From assembly GCA_041690595.1 (NCBI GenBank), contig JAWLHB010000008.1:62001-126000 (forward strand): a DNA stretch of 64,000 nucleotides. The letters run 5' to 3'. Below, piece after piece: positions 19,269 through 29,700 of the stretch. Below the pieces are notes generated by a model, which saw only the letters and a list, made by a program, of their open reading frames with translations, was not told where the DNA came from and made no database searches. Position 1 is the first letter of the stretch. The number at the start of each line of letters is the position of its first letter. The translations under genes were made by a program, and so were the position numbers. Source of the stretch: Lentisphaeria bacterium (GTDB lineage Bacteria > Verrucomicrobiota > Lentisphaeria > JABSQK01 > JAWLHB01).

Positions 19269-22200
19269 ATGCCTCCTTTGCGTACCTTGATCGCTTGTCT
19301 GCTGATGGTCGTCGGCCTCCTCGCGGCCGATGAGGACGATGCGCGCTGGCGCGAGAAGATCGGCTACAACCCGAGTGTGCATGGCACCCTGCCCAACACC
19401 TCGGACAACGACGTGATCGCCCGGCTGCCTTACGCCTATTATCCCACCGAGAACAGGCTCGAGGTGAGCTTCGACTATGCGGTGGCACTCAACCTGCTCC
19501 CGGCGGATCGCCCGGCACCCGCGCAACCTCCTTCCGACCTTCACATCAGAGTTTATCCGATCGAAGGCCAGGTGCCTGTCGCGACACATTCGGTGGCGCT
19601 CGATGCCAGGGGACGGGGATACGCCAGCTTTCTGCTGCCGCGGCTCCAGGCCGGCGTCTATCGCGTCGACTATCGCTTCGGCGATGTCGTATTGCCGGCC
19701 AGCCGAACCTTCAGCCGAAGCTATTTTGCTTTCGAAGGCAACGACCTTGGCACCGGGCACAACGTCTACCCACCCTTCACCCCCGTCGAGGTGAAGGGAG
19801 CCCAGGTATCGGTGGTGGAGCGTACCTACACGGTGAACGCCCTTGGACTCTTCGACAGCGTGATCAGTCGGGGACGCGAGCTGTTGGCTGAGCCCATGCA
19901 ACTCATCGTCGAGAACAGTGATGGCCGCCGCATGGAATGGACGGCTGGGGACCCCCAGGACGGCGTCAAAGGCGAGGCGATCCATCCAGATCTGGCACGC
20001 TTCACCACCTCGGCTCAGGCCGACCAGTTGCAGACCCACAGCACCGTCAGCATTCAGGAAGATGGTTGTGCCAGAATCGAGCTGACACTTGCCCCCCGTG
20101 GCAACCAGGCACCCACCATCTCGCGGGCTTGGATCGAGCTGGCGGTGAAGGAGGAGGAAGCCCCCCTCTGCCACTTGGTCGGGATGAACTCGATGCGCCA
20201 CAACTACGCGGGTAAGGTACCACGCGGCGGCCGGATCGTCTGGCTCAACCAGCCGTGGCGCCCGGCAAGATTCGAGGTCGAACCATTCGAGGGAGAGCCA
20301 CCCGCCTCTCATGAAGTCTGGGACGCAACCAGGAACATGCACTGGGGCAGTCAGCGCTGGGACTTTGCGCCATACGTATGGCTCGGCGCGGAAGAGCGCG
20401 GACTTGCCTGGTTCGGCGACCATGTGCAAGGCTATGCACTGGCAGGTGGCCGCGGTGTCCAGCGCCTGGCTGTCGAGCCAGGGCGGGTGGTGCTGCGCGT
20501 CGAGTTGATCCAGCGACCAGTCACCCTCGATGCCCCGCGCTCCTTCCAGTTCGGCATCCAGGCCAGCCCAACCAAACCCATGCGGCCGGACTGGCGCGAT
20601 TACGATGTACCGGGAGGAGGCGGCATGTCGGTCGTCGTCTGGGGCGGCTTCAACTGCTCCAGCAAGTACCCCGCCGCCAACGACTGGTCGATCGTCGACA
20701 AGATCCTCGAGGGGCGCCAGACCCGGAAGGTCGACACGGCATTCTTCGAAGCCAAAGTCGCCGAGCACGGCTTGCAGAACGCCAGGGCCAACAACGAGCC
20801 ATGGATCAAGTCCGTTCTCCACTTCGCCAATCGTGAAGCCAACGCCCGCCCCGGTTCCGGCACCACCGTCTACTTCGAGGAGCACCAGACCAACGGCAAC
20901 AAGCCGGAAATGATCGAGTACATGGACGAATGGGCAGACACCGCCTGGTCTCGCTTCCGCTACTACCTCTACAGTGGCTACCAGCAGACGCCGCGGGTCG
21001 TCGAGCAAGGCACCTGGGGCCCGGAGGTGCGCAGCGCCAATTCCCCCAGCTACCGCGACTTTGCCGTCTACTACGCAAACGAATGGATGCGCCGCGGAGT
21101 GGGCATCTACTACGACAACACCTATCCGATGACCGACTACAACCGGCAGCACTTCGACGGCCGCGATATCGCCTGGTCGAGCAGCATCTGGGGCCATCGC
21201 GACTACTACCGGCGGGTCTGGAAGCGCAGCCGCGAGCTGATGGCCACGGGAGAATCGCCGCTGCCGCTGCACATCGTCGGCCACGTCACCAACTGCCAGC
21301 TTCTCCCCTTCACCACCTGGTGGGATGCCACCCTCGGGGTCGAATCGCCGGGCCATTGGCAGCCCGAACCGATGCCGGACGCAGCCGCCCGCCAGAAGAG
21401 CCTCGACCAATGGGGCTTCGTCATCCTGCCCACCCCCAAGGCGGGCGCCGCCGGCCAGGCGCTTCCCTATCCGCCGGACTACCTGCGGGCGATGGAGATG
21501 GGGCGCATGGCCGGGCTGATCCCGCACTACCGCCACTCCCTGCGCAGCGATGATGCCTTCGGCGGAATCGGCCTCGCCTATGGGGCCACCGACAAGCCGG
21601 CGGCGGAGATCGTGGAGCATCGCCGGCTCTCCGACAAGGCCATGGGCATGGTCCACGAAATCCGCGGTGGCGGCAGCCCCTACGATCACGACGCCATCCA
21701 CACCCTCGTCTCCGCCTTCAATCGCTTCGGCGATGGCAAGCCCGGCGTTCAGGTCCACAACTACTGGGCACAGGATCCCTTCCTGATCGTAACCAACACC
21801 GACATCAAGTGGATCGCTTTGGAGCGGGTCCAGCCCCATGGCACCCTGGATTCGGAACCCGTCCTCGTCCTTCTGCAAAGCTATGATGCCCAGCCTTGCG
21901 AAACTCACCTCACCCTGCCCCAAGGAACGGCATTCCTCGATCTGTTTAACCGGTGGATGCAGCCGGCCAACGAACCGCTCCGGTTCGCAGCCGACTACGG
22001 CACTCGCCTGCTACTGGTCGGCAACCGCGAAGCGCTGACACCCTTGTCTTGGGACGATGACGTGCTCCTGCGCGGCGATTTCGACTTCGATTTGCCGCCA
22101 GGCTGGAGATCACGTGGAGGTGGAGCACCGAAGATCGTCGCCGATCCCCACTCCCCCGGCAATCAGGTGCTGCGCGTCACGCCAGGTCATCCGTCGCAGA

Positions 22201-22691
22201 ACTTCGTCCATGGCGAAACCGACGGCGACTACGTGCTGAACCTCCGCTTCCGGGTCCCGGAGCTTACCGAAAAACCGCCCCACCCACAGCCCTACGGCCT
22301 GCTGCAGATGCTGCACCGCGAAATCGGCACATGGCCGAAACAGAGCGGACAGGTTCTCTCCATCGGCGTGCAGAACGACAGCAACGGACAACCACGCCTG
22401 ATCATATCCTATACCACGCGCCGCGACGGCTCCGATGAAGGGTTCGCAAGCATCACCACTGACCGCCTGAAGGACGTTGGGTCGCTGGTCCCGCTGGACA
22501 CCGAGTGGCACACCGTCAGAGTCGTCGTGCACGGCATCCGCCACACCGTCAGCATCGACAGCCACGAGGTGTTCAGCGGTGAGACTGATGTTACGGATGG
22601 CGGTCGGTTGACCCTCGGCCCCGGATGGGGCAGCTGGTCACCCGGCCATATTGATGTGGACGAGCTGGTCGTGCGCCGGATGAAAGAGTAA
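19269..22691 (+). CDS. Large secreted glycoside hydrolase-like protein (DUF6067/GH123-like core, C-terminal ConA-like domain)
   Basis: Signal peptide. PPFTPVEV..ERTY..LGLFDSV, WLGAEERGLAWF, GIYYDNTY, and a terminal EWHTVRVVVHG...IDVDELVV beta-sandwich. Confidence 0.6.
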   Translation: MPPLRTLIACLLMVVGLLAADEDDARWREKIGYNPSVHGTLPNTSDNDVIARLPYAYYPTENRLEVSFDYAVALNLLPADRPAPAQPPSDLHIRVYPIEGQVPVATHSVALDARGRGYASFLLPRLQAGVYRVDYRFGDVVLPASRTFSRSYFAFEGNDLGTGHNVYPPFTPVEVKGAQVSVVERTYTVNALGLFDSVISRGRELLAEPMQLIVENSDGRRMEWTAGDPQDGVKGEAIHPDLARFTTSAQADQLQTHSTVSIQEDGCARIELTLAPRGNQAPTISRAWIELAVKEEEAPLCHLVGMNSMRHNYAGKVPRGGRIVWLNQPWRPARFEVEPFEGEPPASHEVWDATRNMHWGSQRWDFAPYVWLGAEERGLAWFGDHVQGYALAGGRGVQRLAVEPGRVVLRVELIQRPVTLDAPRSFQFGIQASPTKPMRPDWRDYDVPGGGGMSVVVWGGFNCSSKYPAANDWSIVDKILEGRQTRKVDTAFFEAKVAEHGLQNARANNEPWIKSVLHFANREANARPGSGTTVYFEEHQTNGNKPEMIEYMDEWADTAWSRFRYYLYSGYQQTPRVVEQGTWGPEVRSANSPSYRDFAVYYANEWMRRGVGIYYDNTYPMTDYNRQHFDGRDIAWSSSIWGHRDYYRRVWKRSRELMATGESPLPLHIVGHVTNCQLLPFTTWWDATLGVESPGHWQPEPMPDAAARQKSLDQWGFVILPTPKAGAAGQALPYPPDYLRAMEMGRMAGLIPHYRHSLRSDDAFGGIGLAYGATDKPAAEIVEHRRLSDKAMGMVHEIRGGGSPYDHDAIHTLVSAFNRFGDGKPGVQVHNYWAQDPFLIVTNTDIKWIALERVQPHGTLDSEPVLVLLQSYDAQPCETHLTLPQGTAFLDLFNRWMQPANEPLRFAADYGTRLLLVGNREALTPLSWDDDVLLRGDFDFDLPPGWRSRGGGAPKIVADPHSPGNQVLRVTPGHPSQNFVHGETDGDYVLNLRFRVPELTEKPPHPQPYGLLQMLHREIGTWPKQSGQVLSIGVQNDSNGQPRLIISYTTRRDGSDEGFASITTDRLKDVGSLVPLDTEWHTVRVVVHGIRHTVSIDSHEVFSGETDVTDGGRLTLGPGWGSWSPGHIDVDELVVRRMKE

Positions 22692-22773
22692 TATCGCACC
22701 ATTGCCGTCGACTCCAGAGCCTGGCAGCGACGGTTTCCCCAAATCAGGGCTAATGCAAAAGGAGCCTTTAATC

Positions 22774-25700
22774 ATGATCGGAAACCTGAAGATCACGACC
22801 TGTCTGATCCTGACCATGCTGCTGACCGGAGGCGCTGTCTTCGCCGGAACGAGTGGACTCAGGTTTCCCGAAGAAAAAGTGCCCGTGTTGAATGTGCCCA
22901 AAATGAAGACTCCTCCAAAGATTGACGGCGTGATCGATCCCGATGAGTGGCGCGAGTCGGTCAAGGTCATGGGCATGGTCAGCACCTCCAGCCTGCACTA
23001 CAAGGACCGCCCTGTATCGTTCCGCGTCGCTTGGGACGAAAATCATCTCTACATCGCCGCGGTCAGCGACATCCTGCCGGGACACCGCCTGTGGCGGCAG
23101 CGCCGCGATCGCTTCACCACCGGCGTCGTCTATGACGACAGCTACGAATTCGGCGTCTTCATGCACGACCGCAACAAGCTGCCCGAGGAAGTCAGCAGCT
23201 TTCAGAAGATCATCATCAACTCCCTCGGCGCGGGCGAATACATGAAGATCTACCCGTCGATCGGCCAGAACATGTACAACTGGCAGCCCGATCCCCAACT
23301 CGCCAACCGCATCTACGCCGAGGACGGCAGACAGTGGTGGGCTCTTGAACTGGCACTGGACCTCGACGACCTGCAGATGCCGGTCAAGAACCAGGCCGGA
23401 GACCGCATCGACATGCTGCTGGCCGCCGATCTGAAGAATCCCCAATGGCAATGGCTCGATTTCCCCAGTGCCTCCGGCCACCTCGAGCACTACGGCTTCT
23501 CCCGCCTGCAGCTTACCGACACCGAGCCCTACATCCAGATCGAACAGATCAGTGGCCTCCACGATGAGAAGATCGATCTCAAGACCATCGTGCACAATCC
23601 AGGTACCAAGCCCGTCACCATCGAGGCCATCCTGCAAGCCAACTACAATCCACCTCCCAAGACCGAAGAGAAGGCGCGAGTCATCGCCAATGTCACACGC
23701 ACGCTCACCATCCCAGCAGGCGCTTCGGCCAGATTCGACGTAGCCGAAGCCTTCCCCGGCCTCGTCTACGCGAAAACACAGTGGGGCGGCGCCGTCAACT
23801 TCAGCGATCTCCATGTCACCCTGCGCCGCTCCGATTCCGAAGAGGCACCGACAATCTACAGCTACCACTGTCAATTCGCCGGTACCGACAAGAGCTATCT
23901 CGTCGCTGTCCCCCGCACCACCCCTTTCGATTGCGGTGTGCGATTCAATCCCTCCAGCAATCAGATGGACATCTTTGGCGACACGCTCGACGCCGCCATT
24001 CCCGAGGGCACCAAACCCGCCAAGCTCAAGTACATAGTCAGCCGCGACGGCCAGACCCTGCAGCAGGGCTTTATCGATCTGTACATCAACTACAAGTACG
24101 AAGGGCTGGTCCCGCTCACCGATCCACAACCCGGAACTTACTCCGTCAAGCTGGCGCTGGTGGACAAGGACGACAACGAACTGGTCGCCAGCGACAACCT
24201 CACCTTCGATAAGAAGGACGAGGCCAACGTCTTCTCCCACTGGTGGAACAACAACTACGGCGACACCGAGAAGGTACTGAAACCATTCGAGCCCATCCGC
24301 ATCGAGGGCGAGCAGGCCGCCGTCACCCGACGCATCTACACCCTCGACGGGCTCGGCCTGCCGCGCCAGATCGAGGCCAACGGCGGCAATGTACTGACCG
24401 CCCCCACCAGAATCGTGGTGACGGTCAGCGGACAGGACCACATTGTACCCACTGATGGCACCGTGACCTACACCGCGAAGAAGGACTGGCGCACTGAATT
24501 CACCGGCGGCCCAGTCGAAGTCGCCGGCATTACCTTCTCCGTCAGAGGCTGGATGGAGCAGGACGGCCTGGTGAATCTCGACCTGACTTACGCCTCTGGA
24601 GCGGCGGCGGCAGCCCCTGCCATCGAGGGCCTGCGCATCGAATGGCCCGTCGACGACCAACACGGCAACTGGATGCAGTGCATCGGCGGCGTCGGCGGAA
24701 ATTACGCCCCCCGCACCATCGGCAAGGTGCCCGACGGTCCAGGCCAGGTATGGAACACCCTCGACGACATCGGCAAGGCTGGCTCGCTCATGCTCGTCGG
24801 CAACTGGCAAAACAACCTCTGGATCGGCAACGACCAGCGCGGCCTCTGCTGGTTCGGCGACGACGACCAGGGCTGGGTACACAACGACGCCACTCCCGCG
24901 CACAGCCTCTTCCGAGACGGCAACGCCGTGGTCATGCGCAACCACATCGTCAACCTCCCCCCAGGCGCCCCACCCTTCACCCTCGACGCCCCGCGCACCA
25001 TTCACCTGCAGTACAACGCTACTCCCTTTCGCCATCTCGCTCCCGGCTGGCGCCTGACCCAGGTTTCCGCCTGCAACGGCTTCTCCGCCAAGGACTGGAA
25101 GTTCGACGAAGACGAAGGTAAGGATTTCTTCACCATCCTCAGCATGCCGTCGAAAGACCCGGCCAAGTGGCCCTACTACCTCGAGACCTACAAGCAGATT
25201 GCGCAAAAGAAGGCGGAAGGCGGCTGGACCAGCAATCGCCATCGCCTGAGTATTCACCTCAACAACCAGATCGCCCTGCGCGGATATGGCCCCAAGACAC
25301 GTGAGCCGGGGCTGTACGACTACTTCGCCGCCGACTGGGGCACCGAGTACGCCGGAGAATCCCTGAACCAGACCTACCGAGACTACATGCTCTACCTGAT
25401 GAACATGCACGTGCGTGACGGCGGCCTCGCCCATTACTACTTCGACATCAGCTTCACCCGCTCTACCCCCGCCCTCGCCGCCGGCATCGGCTACCGCCTC
25501 GCCGACGGGCGTGTTCAGCCCGGCAGCATGGATGGCCCTCTGCGCGAGTGGTACAAGCGCTCTTGGGCGCTGATGCAGGAGCACGACCTCTATCCCGGCG
25601 GGGTCTCCGGCCATGCCACCCACTCCATGCCACTCCGCGCTTTCCCCTGGTCCGACGCCTGGCTCGATGCCGAATACCCCATCAAGGATGCGGCAACCGT

Positions 25701-26685
25701 CTATACCATCGACAGCATGATCGCCATGAGCTGCCCGCACAACTTCGGGGTCAACATCAACCATCACGGCCACATGGACCCGCGCTGGCCTGCCCTGTTC
25801 GACGCCGGCATGGGCGGCGGCCAGGGCAGTCTCTTCAACACCCCTCCCTTTCGCCACTTCGGCATTACCGCCAGCGACGTCGAATTCCTCGGCTTCTGGC
25901 GCAACGCCAAGATCATCCGGCCGACGGACGATGGCCTCCTGGCCTCTGCCTGGAAGCGCCCCGGCAAGATCATGCTGCAGCTCTTCAACTATGGGCTCGA
26001 TCCCGAGGGCCAGGAGAAGACCCGCTCCGCCAAGCTGAAACTCGATCTGCACGCACTGGGCGTACCCGCCGGCCTGCAGCCCGGGCAGCTACGCATTCGT
26101 GAAGTGGCCATGGACGGTCACCGAGTCGATGGCCGCAGCGCACAATTTGCCTGGTACGCGACCCTGCTCGAACAACCCCGCTGGGCAAACGACAAACAAC
26201 CACGCCTTCGCCCACCCGCTAGTCCCACCATCACCACCGACGGCACCGTGGACAACGTCCACGTCTACTACCACGATTGCCGCTTCCTCGAGATCACCTG
26301 GGACGAAACACCGGTCAAGCTGGATGCCGTCGCCGAAGCAGTGGGGGGACACGCGAACCTGGAAAGCGCCCTGCACTGGGGCTACAGCCGCGCCGCCATC
26401 GTCGATGCGGTGGCCAGCAGCGACACCGATAGCGTCACGGTCAAGGCATGGAAACAGCCAGGCACCGCCATGCTCCTCGTCGTCCGCTCCACTGAGGACG
26501 CCAAACCCGTCACGGCAACCGTGCAGGCCGATCTCGATGCGCTCGGCGTCAAAGTCCCCAAGCTGTGGAGAGCCTTCACCCAGTGCCTCGGCGGCGAACT
26601 CGATCCTCACACCGGCAAGATCACTCTCCAGAACCTGAAACCCGGCGAATCTCGACTGGTCTTCATCGACACCTTCGCGGAATAG
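22774..26685 (+). CDS. Large secreted glycoside hydrolase-like protein (N-terminal CBM9/DOMON-like, DUF6067-like core)
   Basis: Signal peptide. PPKIDGVIDPDEW...AWDENHLYIA...DDSYE (CBM9-like), WIGNDQRGLCWF, YYFDIS. Paralogous to the 19269 protein. Confidence 0.6.
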   Translation: MIGNLKITTCLILTMLLTGGAVFAGTSGLRFPEEKVPVLNVPKMKTPPKIDGVIDPDEWRESVKVMGMVSTSSLHYKDRPVSFRVAWDENHLYIAAVSDILPGHRLWRQRRDRFTTGVVYDDSYEFGVFMHDRNKLPEEVSSFQKIIINSLGAGEYMKIYPSIGQNMYNWQPDPQLANRIYAEDGRQWWALELALDLDDLQMPVKNQAGDRIDMLLAADLKNPQWQWLDFPSASGHLEHYGFSRLQLTDTEPYIQIEQISGLHDEKIDLKTIVHNPGTKPVTIEAILQANYNPPPKTEEKARVIANVTRTLTIPAGASARFDVAEAFPGLVYAKTQWGGAVNFSDLHVTLRRSDSEEAPTIYSYHCQFAGTDKSYLVAVPRTTPFDCGVRFNPSSNQMDIFGDTLDAAIPEGTKPAKLKYIVSRDGQTLQQGFIDLYINYKYEGLVPLTDPQPGTYSVKLALVDKDDNELVASDNLTFDKKDEANVFSHWWNNNYGDTEKVLKPFEPIRIEGEQAAVTRRIYTLDGLGLPRQIEANGGNVLTAPTRIVVTVSGQDHIVPTDGTVTYTAKKDWRTEFTGGPVEVAGITFSVRGWMEQDGLVNLDLTYASGAAAAAPAIEGLRIEWPVDDQHGNWMQCIGGVGGNYAPRTIGKVPDGPGQVWNTLDDIGKAGSLMLVGNWQNNLWIGNDQRGLCWFGDDDQGWVHNDATPAHSLFRDGNAVVMRNHIVNLPPGAPPFTLDAPRTIHLQYNATPFRHLAPGWRLTQVSACNGFSAKDWKFDEDEGKDFFTILSMPSKDPAKWPYYLETYKQIAQKKAEGGWTSNRHRLSIHLNNQIALRGYGPKTREPGLYDYFAADWGTEYAGESLNQTYRDYMLYLMNMHVRDGGLAHYYFDISFTRSTPALAAGIGYRLADGRVQPGSMDGPLREWYKRSWALMQEHDLYPGGVSGHATHSMPLRAFPWSDAWLDAEYPIKDAATVYTIDSMIAMSCPHNFGVNINHHGHMDPRWPALFDAGMGGGQGSLFNTPPFRHFGITASDVEFLGFWRNAKIIRPTDDGLLASAWKRPGKIMLQLFNYGLDPEGQEKTRSAKLKLDLHALGVPAGLQPGQLRIREVAMDGHRVDGRSAQFAWYATLLEQPRWANDKQPRLRPPASPTITTDGTVDNVHVYYHDCRFLEITWDETPVKLDAVAEAVGGHANLESALHWGYSRAAIVDAVASSDTDSVTVKAWKQPGTAMLLVVRSTEDAKPVTATVQADLDALGVKVPKLWRAFTQCLGGELDPHTGKITLQNLKPGESRLVFIDTFAE

Positions 26686-26705
26686 CCCCTCAACCGTCCA
26701 CGGAA

Positions 26706-26737
26706 AGGCAGGTCGAAACACGAGATCAGACCTGCCT
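26706..26737 (+). other. Intra-operon 9-bp stem-loop (possible mRNA stability or attenuation element)
   Basis: AGGCAGGTC-N14-GACCTGCCT between two co-oriented genes. No U-tract. Confidence 0.35.
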
Positions 26738-26776
26738 GGGGAACTCCAGCGGCAATCGTTCCACGAGTAAATCGAC

Positions 26777-29700
26777 ATGATACCCAATCTATCCCTGAAG
26801 CTACTGGCGACCTGTCTGCTGCTCGGGCTCTCGCTCCTGGCAGAGCAGGAACTCGGCTACATGGCCCCATTCAGCACCGCGGAGTTCACCGGTAAGCATG
26901 TCAATGCCTCGTCATATGCCGTGCCTGACAACTTCGTAGACGGCCAATGGCATGGCATCATCGTGGCATCCGATGGCAAGACTTACTTCAGCGTCTCCAG
27001 TCACTCCCCTGCGCAGAGCGCCCAGTTCTATCGCTTCGATTCCAGCAGCCAGAAACCAAAAGTGGAGAAGATATGCGACGTCGCCGCCTGGTGTGGCCAG
27101 ACAGAAAGCATCGGCAAGTGGAATGCACAAGGCAAGATCCACTCGCAGATCTTCGAGGCAAACGGTAAGCTCTATTGCAGCACCACCCCGGCACATCGTG
27201 AACCTGATCATCCCTACGAGGGCGGGCATTTCCTGAGCTACGACCTTGCCACCCGCGAGTTGCAGGACTTGGGCCTCTTCCCGGATTCCCACGGTGGTCT
27301 GCTGACCATGCTGCACGAGCCCGCCAACCAACGCCTTTATGCCATTTCCCAAGGCAACCAGACCCTCTGCTATCTCGACCTGAAGAACGGCAAGATTACC
27401 AAGGTCGGATCATGCCAGGAAAACCCACTCCAGACGCGCACCTTGATCGCCGACAAGCAAGGGAATGTCTACGGCTGCGAATGGGGCAACCGCGTCTGGC
27501 GCTACAGCCCGGAGACGAACGAGATCGAGCTGTTGGATGGCCGCCTGCCGGGCGATCCGGACCAGGCGCAACCAGAGCCAGACCCTGACAGCAGAGCCTG
27601 GCAGAGCACCCAGTGGAAGCTCCCCGTCTGGGATCCCCAAACGCGCTGGTGGTACGCTGTGAAGGGTAACGACGAGTACCTCTTCCGCTTTCGCCTGCCC
27701 GAACGCGGCAGCACGGAGATCGTAAGTGAAGGACTGGCGCCCTTCGGATTCCGCCCGCGGCGCAAGGCCGAGCAGCGGTTGGCCAGCCTCGCATTTGTCC
27801 GCCGGGGACGCGAGCTTTTCTACTGCTCCTATCCGGTCTGGCGGCCGATGGCTCATCTCATGCGGTACCAAATCGACACCGGTAAGGTAACCGATCTGGG
27901 GCCTATCGTCACCGACGATGGCCACCGTCGCGTTGCAGAAATCCACGGCATGGTAGTGGGCGCCGACGGCAAGCTGCATGCGGTTGGTATGGTTTGGTCG
28001 CGCGAGAACAGCCGCGACCCAGCCAATCCCTGGGCCAATCGCGGCCAGTGTTACTTCCACGCCCGCCTCCTCGTCATCGATCCCGACCAGGACTTCCAAC
28101 CAAGTACCGCCCTGAACGGCTTCCCCGCTCAAGCGCCGACCATCCGGGAATATGCGCCTGGCCGACAGGTGCAGCTATCGTATCCCCCGACGGGTGCATC
28201 TGGCCCCTTTCCTGCATTGATCCTGATCCACGGCGGCGGTTGGGGCAGCGGCTCGCCCGACCTTCTGGCCCCCATGGCCGGGTACTTTGCCGATCGGGGC
28301 ATGCTGGTTGCCAACATCGGCTATCGCCTGACCAGCCAGACGGGTGTTCGCGTACCCGATTGCGTCACCGACGTAAAGTTGGCCACTCGCTGGGTGGCCG
28401 ACCACGCTGAAGAGCTTGACATCGATCCTGAGCGGATCGTCGTGGCCGGAGAATCGGCCGGCGGCCACCTGGCGGCATGTGTCGGCATGGTACCAGGTTT
28501 TCTCCCCGATGGCACGCCAGAGCCATCCATAGCGGCCCTGGTCCTCTACAATCCCGTCATCGACACCGCTTCCGAAGACGGCTGGCAAATGCGCGGCTAC
28601 AGCGAGGCTGAACGTCAGGCCCTCTCTCCGGCCCATCACGTGCGCCAAGCCCTGCCCCCCACCCTGATCGTCCATGGCAAAGCCGACACCTGCACTCCTT
28701 TCGCCTGGAGCGAACGCTTTGTTCAAGCCATGCGTCAGGCTGGAAATGAGATCGAATTTGAGGAATTGGACGGCGTCGGGCACGCCTTCCTGATCCCCGG
28801 CTACGGGACCAGTCGCACCATCGCCGCGGCGATTGATCGCACCGATGACTTCCTCTCCAGCCAAGGCATGCTCGCACCACTCATGCCCGCCGCCTGGCTT
28901 GGGGACGCCAGTCACCTCCTGACGGAGCGCCCGCCCCTTTACGTGCTGAATCCTGACGGAAAGCGGTGGTGGTTCCAGGTTCATCGTTTTCCATGGTGGA
29001 TCGGCAAGGGCTGGAACAATCCAGATCTGGCGCTCACCGTCATCGACCCGAACGGCGACATCGTGCTGGATGAAACACGCCATGTGGGCGGGGAGACGAG
29101 GGTTTGGATTCCCGCCGGCGCACCAGGCGTCTACCGCATCGATGTGGATTCAAACAACAGCCTCAACTACTGGTCTCTCCGCGGCAGTCTGCCACATGCT
29201 GTCGTCGAAGTATCCACCGACACGCTGAAACCGGAGCGTGGCGGTCACGACCGCAGATTCGGCGGCTGGAGTTTCAACCCATTCATCCCCCGGCGCTGGT
29301 ACTTCCATGTACCCGAAGGAACCGAACGGTTCCGGATCGTCGCCATCAATAACAAGGGCCGATCGCACCGCGAAGATCATGGCCTGACAGTCTACTCACC
29401 GCGCGGGCAGCGGATGGCCGTTTTGTGGGGACAGGCCAATCCAGACGAACTGCCCCAGAAGATTGCAGAGCGCGAGTTCCGCCTGCAACAAGCCACGATC
29501 ATCGTGGAGCCCGGCAGCGCCGGCCGCTTCTGGAGCATTGAGATCCGCATGGGAGATTCCCACACCTATTCAGACATCAACCTGATCCTCGACGGCGTCC
29601 CGCCCTACCTCGCTCAGGCGCCGGAGTGGTGGTTCGATCCGCGTACCGGTGAGCGCCCGAAACCCCTGATCTACGACGAGAGCCGCTTTGTCCAGTCCGA

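Noticed and set aside
22768..26052. 1094-aa minus-strand ORF (also 19218-21923 minus, 13585-15159 plus, 16457-17728 minus and many shorter ones)
   Set aside because: Antisense shadows of well-supported genes in GC-rich DNA, with no motifs and V/D/G/A-biased composition typical of reverse-frame reading.
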